Positions 12,501 through 20,000 of a DNA stretch of 20,000 nucleotides are shown piece after piece. Location of the stretch: the NCBI GenBank assembly GCA_016618085.1, contig JABLTG010000120.1:44277-64276 (forward strand), in the 5' to 3' direction. The notes under the pieces were generated by a model. It was not told where the DNA came from. It did no database searches and worked only from the letters and a program-made list of their open reading frames with translations. The number at the start of each line of letters is the position of its first letter. Within the stretch, counting starts at the first letter, position 1. Position numbers and translations under genes: made by a program. This DNA is from Neovahlkampfia damariscottae. Lineage: Eukaryota.

Positions 12501-13419
12501 TTTTTTGTTGATTTAGCAAGTTATCTGAATCAAAAACGATTTGTTCAATTTCAACGAAATTTGCAACATGACCATGGTCATTAATTCCTCTTTTTAGATA
12601 TCTTGTACCTGCAAAATATCTTGATCTTCTTCCTATCAACACAAGAGACACTTTTTTTCCATGTAAATTGATTGCTAATTGTTAATAAACTTTTTTTTAC
12701 TTTTTTGAGAAATAGACCCATGTACAATTGGAATCAAGTATTGACGTGGTATACTTGAGTTCATAGCACCATCTATTAAATAATCATTCCAAATGAATTG
12801 TTCATTGGAGTCTTTTTTTTTTAAATCATCTTCCATCATGTTCATTTGTAAAGTTTGAGTTAAATCATAATTATAACTAAAATAAAAATTTTTGGTCAAA
12901 TCAACACTTCTAAATATTTCTTTGTACTTCGCTTCATCACTTTTTGAGAAAGAAAAAGGAAATCCAAAACCAGTTTTTTCATAAATTGGTTTGAATGCAG
13001 TTTCTTCAATTTCGTAAATGGAATTTGCTCCAATTTTTGCTACTTCCTTTCTTTTGGTGATTAACATCATATAGTAACATTCTGTAAATTTAATGAAACC
13101 AAGTAATCCATAGGCTATTGTTTTTTTTATATTCGAAGCTTTGACTGAATGTAATGAGTTCAAAATCTCACTCATTTGTCGACTATTATATACATTAGGA
13201 TCTATAAAAACATCCAACTTGGTGGTTTTTAATATTTAGTTTTTCATTTACTTCATCAGGTTTTGAGCGATTAATTTTTATGATTGAATATGCTTTGCTG
13301 CTGTGGTCACTAGCAATTAAGTAAAACATTTGTGATGTTTCATAAAGAGTAAATTTTTGGAATTTCGAGTTATTTGGGTTTAATTGAAGTTTGAGTTTTT
13401 GTTGTTTATCCTCCTCCAT
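9590..13419 (-). CDS. FIG4: FIG4/Sac3-type phosphoinositide phosphatase with C-terminal DEP and DUF547 domains
   Basis: Nine exons (13419-13252, 13217-12701, 12674-12405, 12365-12268, 12229-11873, 11835-11736, 11702-11609, 11578-11186, 11156-9590) give 1187 aa in frame. FIG4 hallmarks FTLYET, DLTKNFYFSY, RRSRYFAGTRYLKRG, QIRGSIP; catalytic RTNCIDCLDRTN (CX5RT); MQYGGSQ; RYYSNNFKD..KQNAINL.LG; LDSDYYLH. Confidence 0.88.
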
Positions 13420-13574
13420 GTTTTTGTTTTGGAAAAATTATCCAATCACATGATGATCCAAGTACAAAAAAGTATTCTTGTTTAAAACTGTATTTTTTTG
13501 TATTTGTAAAAAAAATTTTCGATTTTTGGTATTTAGAACATTTTTGCCCAACCGAAACAATTTTTATTGGACAA
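13420..13574. promoter_or_regulatory. 155-bp divergent promoter between the FIG4-like and GCPII-like genes
   Basis: Head-to-head start codons at 13419(-) and 13575(+); CCAATC at 13442-13447 and ATTGG at 13566-13570. Confidence 0.5.
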
Positions 13575-15824
13575 ATGGGTTGGGATGATTTAACAGAAGA
13601 AGAACAAATCCTTCTTGATGAAGCAACCAAAACTTTACCAATTACAGGAGATAGTTTTGAGGAAATGGAAATTACATGGACTCAAGAAATTGGAAAAACT
13701 TCAGTTTTTGTGTTATTTGTACTTTTGTTGAGTGGATTCTTTTTTGTAACAAATTGGTTTTTTAATTGGTGGTATTTTGGTTATGATGGATTAGCTTCAA
13801 GATATGAAAGTGAGTATTTACAAACTTTTAATGCTGATCGTTGCAAATCAAATTTGAAAAAATTTTCCACAGATTTTTATGAATACGCCAATAACGCTTC
13901 TTATAATAATGCTTTATTAATGAAGAGTTTATTGAAAGAATATTTATATAAATCTGATGTAGAGATAAATACTTATCATGTTTTGATTTCAAAACCAACT
14001 GGAAATAGTTACTTGAAAATGGAAAAAAAAAACTCCGGAACTGTGGTGTATTCAAGCACTTTTTTGGAAGAAGGCTTTGAAAATTTGAAAAAACAAGCAT
14101 ATAGTCCATATAGTGGTAATGGTGAAATAATAACAGATTCAATAGTTTATGTTAATTTTGGTCGTTTAGAAGACTTTGAATACTTAAAACAAAATATGAT
14201 TTCCGTAAAAGGAAAAGTACTATTAGCAAGACATGGAAAATTAAACTCAGGTTCAATTGTTGAAAACTCTGAAAGTAATGGCGCCTCCGCAGTTTTATTG
14301 TTTTCAGATCCAATTGAAGAAGACGGATTTGGATCGTTTGAAATTTTTCCGAATGGACCATTGAGGAGAAACTCTAGTATTTTCAGAACTTCAAGTTTAT
14401 TTCATCATGATAAATATCCAGGGGATCCTTTGACTCCTGGTTATCCAGCAAAAGAAAATGCTTATCGTTTGAAAAGAGAAGAAGCTGAGAATATTCCAAA
14501 AAAAAATTTCATAGTTCAACCTATTAGCAAATTGGATGCTGAAAAAATAATGTCAACAATCAAAGGAAAAATAGCTCCTGATCATTGGAGAGGAGGTTTA
14601 GATGCGACTTATATGATTGGTGGAGAAACTTCGGAGATAAGAACAACTTTAAAAGTTGAATTAGATGAACACATAGCTCCTATTCATAATGTCATTGCTA
14701 AAATAACAGGATTTGAAGAGAAAGATAAATCAATTATGATTGGACATCACAGAGATTCTTATGGGAATGGTGTCACAGATCCAAATACTGGCACAGTTGT
14801 TTTATTGGAAATTGCAAAAGGTCTTGGTAAAATTTTATCAAATAAATGGAAGCCAAGAAGAAATATAATCATTTCCAGTTGGGATGCGAACGAACTCGGG
14901 TTAATTGGATCAACAGAATACACTGAAGAATACAAATATCAATTATCCAATGAATTAGTTTCATATCTCAATATTGATTCAGTTGTCGGAGATAAATTAA
15001 ATTTTGAGTTTTCACCGACACTTATGTCCTTTATTGAATCACAGAGTGAAAGAGTTGATTCTCCAGTGCATGATAATGAGACACTTTTTGATGAATGGAA
15101 AAGACAACATCCAACAAGTGCAACTCAATTAGAAGGTGGTCAAGATTATACAGCTTTCACACATCATATTGGAGTATCAGTAACATCACTTGGATTCAAA
15201 GGTGCTTTTGGAGCAAAACATAGTCTTGATGACACCTTAACTTGGTTTGAAAAATTTGGTGATTCAAACTTCAAAAAATCAAAATCTATGGTTCATTTAG
15301 TTGGTATGATACTTTTAAGATTAGCTGGAAATCATGTTTTACCGTTTAATTTTCAAAGACAATCTGACGAAATTTTTTCTAATTTCAATGAAATTTTCAA
15401 ATCTAAGGATTTTGTGAATTTTACATCAAGTTTAAAACCTGATGATCAATTGCATTTGGATACTTTGATGAATACATTAAACCGAACTATTGATTCATAT
15501 CAAACTTTGACACATAAATTTAATGTCAAAATTGAAGAAATGAAAGGGAAAGCTGGTAAACAAGATACTTCATTTTTAATTCGTCAAACAAATGATCGCA
15601 TTTTAACATTAGAGAAATCATTTTTGAATTCTGAAGGTTTAGTTTATTCAAATTGGCACAAGAATATAATATATGGACCTGCAAAAAATTCAGGAGACAA
15701 GTTTATCTATTTTCCTGAATTTCACACTTATTTGAAAGAAAGAAGTTTTAAAATGCTTTCGTTTTCAGTTCAAAGAATTATAGTTTGTCTTGAAAATTCA
15801 ATTTTAACTTTAAAAAATCAATAA
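13575..15824 (+). CDS. Glutamate carboxypeptidase II / transferrin-receptor-like type II membrane protein (PA, peptidase M28 and TfR-dimer domains)
   Basis: Intronless, 749 aa. N-terminal TM; VYVNFGRLEDF; YPGDPLTPGYPA; GHHRDSY; DPNTGT; PRRNIIISSWDANELGLIGSTE; YLNID; NDRILTLEKSFL..EGL...WHKNIIYGP. Confidence 0.92.
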   Translation: MGWDDLTEEEQILLDEATKTLPITGDSFEEMEITWTQEIGKTSVFVLFVLLLSGFFFVTNWFFNWWYFGYDGLASRYESEYLQTFNADRCKSNLKKFSTDFYEYANNASYNNALLMKSLLKEYLYKSDVEINTYHVLISKPTGNSYLKMEKKNSGTVVYSSTFLEEGFENLKKQAYSPYSGNGEIITDSIVYVNFGRLEDFEYLKQNMISVKGKVLLARHGKLNSGSIVENSESNGASAVLLFSDPIEEDGFGSFEIFPNGPLRRNSSIFRTSSLFHHDKYPGDPLTPGYPAKENAYRLKREEAENIPKKNFIVQPISKLDAEKIMSTIKGKIAPDHWRGGLDATYMIGGETSEIRTTLKVELDEHIAPIHNVIAKITGFEEKDKSIMIGHHRDSYGNGVTDPNTGTVVLLEIAKGLGKILSNKWKPRRNIIISSWDANELGLIGSTEYTEEYKYQLSNELVSYLNIDSVVGDKLNFEFSPTLMSFIESQSERVDSPVHDNETLFDEWKRQHPTSATQLEGGQDYTAFTHHIGVSVTSLGFKGAFGAKHSLDDTLTWFEKFGDSNFKKSKSMVHLVGMILLRLAGNHVLPFNFQRQSDEIFSNFNEIFKSKDFVNFTSSLKPDDQLHLDTLMNTLNRTIDSYQTLTHKFNVKIEEMKGKAGKQDTSFLIRQTNDRILTLEKSFLNSEGLVYSNWHKNIIYGPAKNSGDKFIYFPEFHTYLKERSFKMLSFSVQRIIVCLENSILTLKNQ

Positions 15825-15846
15825 AAAATTTTCTCAAAATTTAATT

Positions 15847-15854
15847 TTTCCCGC
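15847..15854 (+). promoter_or_regulatory. E2F-consensus site TTTCCCGC upstream of the coiled-coil gene
   Basis: Exact TTTSSCGC match ~75 nt before ATG 15930, in a ~105-nt intergenic gap that also has CCAAT at 15875. Confidence 0.35.
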
Positions 15855-15929
15855 CTGATTGCTTCCATCCTTGACCAATTAAATCCTCAGAAAAACCGTT
15901 ATGTTTTTCAAACTCAACTTCCAAAACAC

Positions 15930-16696
15930 ATGAGCACATTATACGAGAAGTAAGCTTTGAAACTGAATCACTAAATTGTCTGCCAAGTTTTAAGAACTAC
16001 AAAAAGAAGAAAAAACCAAAGATGTTTGATCCTGAAAAAGTCAAAAAGTTTATTCAGAGTCGTGGTGGAAAATATGAAGAGAGATTGTTGAATTTAAAAA
16101 AGAAATTTGAAAAATCAACCATAGAAGCTCTTCTTGAAATCAATATTCAAAAAAAACATGTGGATGTGTTACAGGCTTCTTTCAATGAAAACAAAGAAAA
16201 TTTCAAATCAAAAGTGAGTCTTTTTTTTGTGTTAAACTGTCTTTAGTTGTCTAAAATGGAATTGGATATAAAAGCAAAAGAGTTTCAACTTCAAAAATCT
16301 GTAGTGCTTTTAGCTGAAAAAGAAGAAATGTATCAACAAGAACTTTTGGAAACAAACAAAAGAAATTCAAAGTTACAACAAGAAATTGATGAAATTAAAC
16401 AATCTAATGAAGCTCAAAAAAGTGAAATCAACTCAAGAAAGCAATTGTTGGTGAAAGAAAATGAAAAAATAATAACTGAAAATGCTACATTAAAAACAGA
16501 TTTGGAAAAGATGAAGAGCGGATTTCAAGATTTAGTATCAATGTACAAAAAAGAAAAAGCAGAAAATTCAAAAAAATCCAAACAAATTGAAGAGTTGAAA
16601 AAGTTATTAGTCAAACCAACTTTAAGACAATCTCCATTCTCTCCTGCTTCAGTTAAGCAATCACCTTTTGCTAATAAAACAAATGAACAAAAATAA
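15930..16696 (+). CDS. Hypothetical coiled-coil protein
   Basis: Exons 15930-15949, 15988-16213, 16247-16696 (introns 15950-15987, 16214-16246) give 231 aa in frame. E/K/L-rich heptads, basic N-terminal KKKKPK, C-terminal SP repeats. Confidence 0.75.
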
Positions 16697-16799
16697 AAAA
16701 AATATAAACAGTTTTTTTATTTCAAAAAAAATTGGCGCCAAAAAAAAACAAAAACGGATTTTCATCAACAAGAAGAAGTGATTGAACATTAGAAGATAT

Positions 16800-17620
16800 T
16801 TATTCAAAGGTCTTTGTGATAATGATGAAACTTGCATTTTTTGCGAAACATCTCCAACCTGGATAACTTGATCTTAAGAATATCGAAATTGAATCTGCTT
16901 TTTCCAACTTTTCAAACAAATCAGAGTTTCCAAAGTTTTCAGGTTGATGAGTTTTCCATTCAGATTTTGCTCTTACATTTGTGAAAATTCTTTTTCTGAG
17001 AATTTCTTTTTCAGTATCTTTACATTTTAAAACGAGATCAGCCCAGGTGTGTGAACCACCACCAGTAGCCCAACCTTTGAAAAGAAGTAAAAAACAAGAA
17101 ATCTAAACAACAAACCTTGATCATGTGATGTACATCTTACTTCAAACATAACAACATTATTTAACTTTTTGTTCAAGTTAAAAGTTAAGTATTCATCATT
17201 TTGATCATCTCTTTTAGGTTTGAATTCTTGATTTTTAGTAGCTTTTGTAACACCAAAAAAATTTGAAAATTTTTTTGAAACTTGACGAATTGATAGAATA
17301 TCATTCAAAGGTAAAAAGTCCATCATTTGGAAAACGATATCATTTGGAATATGATCAATATCAAATAATTTTTCAACCTTTTCTTGTTCCAGTACTTTCT
17401 GAGTTTCTTTTGATTCAATGATTGGTGAAATAAGTGTGTCTGAATCACTAGAGTGAAGAAATGAAGGGTTTAAATCAGTATCAAAGCTTGGGCTAATGTC
17501 GTCCAATAAATCTTTGAAATTGAAAGCAGAAGGATGGTAGTCTGGATCAAATCCATCTGATTGTTTTTTTTTTGTGTTGGTATTGACATTAAGTTCTTCC
17601 AAAATTTGTTTTTTCAACAT
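16800..17620 (-). CDS. F-box protein with a C-terminal SHDQGW...PGW domain
   Basis: F-box-like IDHIPNDIVFQMMDFLPLNDILSIRQVSKKF. Intron 17115-17075 joins SHDQG to WATGGGSHTWADL...TNVRAKSEWKTH...LRSSYPGWRCF, ending at TAA 16802-16800. Start is uncertain: ATG 17620, or ATG 17751/17799 via a 44-nt intron 17717-17674. Confidence 0.72.
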
Positions 17621-17767
17621 GTTCAGTTCTTGATGAAGAGAGTTGTTTCGTTCCAAAAATAAACTGAGTTTACCTTTTTCATCCAATCAAATTTTTTTAT
17701 TTAAAAATTGCATTTACGAAGTTCAATAACATCTTTACAAAAATCTTCCATTTCTTGAGCATCTCTT

Positions 17768-18632
17768 CTGTTTATCTTTGATTGAAATATCAGCTCCATT
17801 GTCAACTAAAAAATCTATTACAATTTGGTTTAAAATGAAAATTCACAGCTTTAAATTCATGAAATTGGGAAATAAAATGAAGATGAAATACTGAAATAGA
17901 ATCATAAGTTGGAATGTTAGAAAAGTTGGAAAATGATAGAGCAAATAGGAATTTAGTATTTTAGATATTTGATCCACTTCACTTAAATTTATATCCATGT
18001 GATTCTAAAGTTTGCTTTCCAGTCTTTTTCCACTCTTTGAATAAATCATCCACTTGACACAAGTTTCTTCATATAAATTTTTTAAAGGAGTTTTTTCTGC
18101 TTGACAAATTGTAATAAGCTCTGTATGCTCCAAAAAAGTATTTTGTGACTTAACATCCTGTATTTCTTTAAATTAAAATCTACTTCTACAATTCTGGCAT
18201 CCATATCTTTGTATTGATGAAGTTTAACATTGCCATTTCCAATATTTTTTGCTATGTCTTTCCAATTGTTATTTTTGAAAAAAATATCTATTTTGATAAC
18301 TTTGTCATTAACCCAAGAAATTTTTGAATCAATGAAGTCCATTATTCGTTCTTTTTTCCCTCCGTCGTTAATATGAGAAAGTGAAATTCTTGTTTTGGAA
18401 CGAATAACCAAACAATCACAGTTATCTACACCTTTAGTTGAAAGTACTTTGTTTTCGCTTTTTTCTTTAGTTATTCTTCCAGATGCTCCTTGAGGAATCA
18501 TTATTTCTACATGCTCGTCTTTATTTGTTCCAATTTTGCTTTGTCGTTCAAAGATTTAATTTTTTCGGCTAAGGCAATGTCATCTTCAAGGTGTTCCTTC
18601 ATAGTGGATGAAGAAAAAATTTGTTGAACCAT
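17768..18632 (-). pseudogene. Frameshifted gene: CheD/CNF1/YfiH-fold deamidase-like domain followed by an ankyrin-repeat remnant
   Basis: The frame from ATG 18632 breaks at ~18560-18520. ORF 18501-18082 carries LSTKGVDNCDCLVIRSKTRISLSHIND (Cys...His dyad spacing). Further frame breaks follow, then IVIDFLVDNGADISIKDKQ (17824-17768), an ankyrin half-repeat. Confidence 0.5.
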
Positions 18633-18882
18633 TTGAAATTCATGAGGAGAGAAGTGTTCTCTCACTCCTTGATAAGTTGGTTATTAAGTGACATTTGATT
18701 GGTGGGTTTTACCCAATCCCGTCATGGTAAAACACTGCAACATCGACCACAAGGATATTCTGTCAAATTTTCACCTACTACTAAACTGTGTTTGATTGGC
18801 TATGTTTTCTTTTCTCCAACAGAATATGATTGGTTATTAAAAAAAAAAAAATCTCCGTGTGATGTTGACAAAACTCATGTTA

Positions 18883-18963
18883 AGCAAGTAAAGTACATTG
18901 CCTCTCACCCATTCCTAAGGGAATTCTCGCTTCGCTCGTTCGGTTCTATGTACTTTACTTGCT
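18883..18963. repeat. Perfect 16-bp inverted repeat enclosing a 49-nt structured spacer (MITE- or Helitron/Helentron-like terminus)
   Basis: AGCAAGTAAAGTACAT (18883-18898) and ATGTACTTTACTTGCT (18948-18963). Spacer contains an ATTCC-TAAG-GGAAT hairpin and CTCGCTTCGCTCG. The right arm runs into CTAGT. Confidence 0.7.
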
Positions 18964-19079
18964 AGTGGAGAGAGTTGAGGATTTTGGGAATTTGTTGAAA
19001 TTATAAATCAGTGCTGTGTAGATTTTATCAGGATATTTTGCAAATCACTTGACATTTTTGTTTTTTCAAATTTTTTTTT

Positions 19080-19190
19080 TTCAAGGTTTTTGTTAACCTT
19101 CCAATTTTATTCATAATTTTTTTTTTATTGGTTTATTTTTATTTTTAAGAAAATTTTTTGAAATTTAGAAGGTTAACTAAAAAACTTGAA
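19080..19190. repeat. Imperfect ~30-bp inverted repeat
   Basis: TTCAAGGTTTTTGTTAACCTTCCAATTTT (~19080-19108) versus AAATTTAGAAGGTTAACTAAAAAACTTGAA (19161-19190). The core GTTAACCTTC/GAAGGTTAAC is exact. Confidence 0.5.
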
Positions 19191-19600
19191 TTATATTTTT
19201 GTTTTTTTACCAACCTTCAAATCTATTTTAAAGTTTCTTATTATTGATTTGTTTTGAAAAGAATTAAATCTAATACAACAAAGAGTAAAAAATCGACCAA
19301 TCATAGACTTAGAATTTATAAAACTCTCGAGCTTGAAATATAACAAATGTTAGTTTTTGTTAAACTTCTGATTTATTTAAACATTTTTTGTTATTGATTA
19401 TTTTATTTTACAAGAAATGCTATAATTAAAAATTTTAATGAAAAAAAACTGAGAAATGTGATTAATTGGTTTAAAATTCTCCTATTTTGAATCAATAACA
19501 ATCATTCGTTTTCTTCAAGCAAAATAAACAATGCCTCCAAAAAAAAAACCAAAAACTTCAAAAGATGAAGACATTGAATTTTCTAGGCAAGAACTCGACA

Positions 19601-19710
19601 CTACCGCTATCTTAAAACTGACTTTTCCGTTCATTCTGATTAATCAGACCAGACATTAAAATCAAGGTTTCTTTCGGGATAGGACCGTCGCCAGCAGTAC
19701 TGGCAGTTTT
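19601..19710 (-). ncRNA. Putative omegaRNA scaffold overlapping the 3' end of the Fanzor/TnpB ORF
   Basis: GC-richer than its flanks. Minus-strand hairpin GCCAG-UACUG-CUGGC (19704-19690); long stem UUGAUUUU/AAAGUCAG capped by the 14-bp palindrome TCTGATTAATCAGA (19635-19648); hairpin loop UACUG complementary to terminal CGGUA (19606-19602). Position matches known TnpB/Fanzor omegaRNAs. Confidence 0.6.
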
Positions 19711-19857
19711 TGGATTTCCAATAAAATTTTGTATATTCATCAGAAATATATTTCTTGCTCCATTATAATCTCTTGGAAGAGAAAAATTACAATATTTACA
19801 ATTGAAATGATCTTTTTTTCCAAGTTTCCAATCTATTTTTCCACATGATCCACATGT
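19601..19857 (-). mobile_element. 3' remnant of a Fanzor/TnpB (IS607/Fanzor2-like) element
   Basis: TCGSCG-KIDWKLGKKDHFN-CKYC (CxxC-x14-CxxC zinc ribbon) followed by RDYNGARNIFL (RuvC-III Asp motif), stop at 19612-19614. The usual preceding E.YTSK and RuvC-I/II are not recognisable in any frame of 19858-20000. Confidence 0.85.
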
Positions 19858-20000
19858 ATGCATCCCTTTCAGTTGTTCCAATGAAATTGAGCAACGCAAT
19901 TCCACGATATATGGATTTAAAATCCGAACGAGAATTTTCAGTTCTCCATGGAAATACTGATTATAGTAGAACTATTCATTCTGCAACAAATCCATCATCA

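Noticed and set aside
5770..13251. In-frame stops and apparent frameshifts in the ABCB, GMC and FIG4 genes suggesting pseudogenes or a variant genetic code
   Set aside because: All are removed by short GT-AG introns that restore frame and conserved motifs. TAA and TGA act as normal stops.
7236..14361. Short ORFs opposite the ABCB, GMC, FIG4 and GCPII-like genes
   Set aside because: They overlap well-supported genes on the other strand and have no motifs.
17853..18645. 10-bp direct repeat AAATTCATGA at 17853 and 18636 as a possible target-site duplication
   Set aside because: AT-rich 10-mer that is plausible by chance, with no terminal inverted repeats inside it.
18699..18965. 88-aa + strand ORF
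   Set aside because: GTG start, crosses a poly-A run, CCAAT motifs and the inverted repeat; no protein motif.
19858..19905. N-terminal part (MELRCSISLEQLKGMH) of the 97-aa Fanzor-like ORF
   Set aside because: GTG start and no resemblance to the expected E.YTSK/RuvC-II region. Treated as chance read-through across the truncation junction.
1..20000. CRISPR arrays, tRNA/rRNA genes, telomeric repeats
   Set aside because: No spaced direct-repeat array, cloverleaf, rRNA-like segment or tandem telomeric motif was seen.

Overview
AT-rich, very compact eukaryotic (protist-type) genomic DNA in the standard genetic code, with many tiny GT-AG introns (26-46 nt) and very short intergenic gaps. A heterolobosean-like amoeba is my guess; I cannot confirm it from sequence alone. 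Positions 1-17.6 kb carry intact genes that I spliced by hand: a membrane-anchored purple-acid-phosphatase-like protein lacking most metal ligands, the DEAH helicase DHX16/Prp2, a half-size ABCB transporter with a 7-nt micro-exon, a GMC oxidoreductase, a FIG4/Sac phosphoinositide phosphatase fused in frame to DEP and DUF547 domains, a GCPII/transferrin-receptor-like protein lacking its catalytic Glu, a coiled-coil protein and an F-box protein. The last ~2.4 kb is an accessory, decaying zone. It holds a frameshifted deamidase-like plus ankyrin gene, several inverted repeats, and the 3' remnant of a Fanzor/TnpB gene followed by an apparently intact omegaRNA-like scaffold (hairpins plus pseudoknot) abutting the 5' end of a plus-strand ORF.
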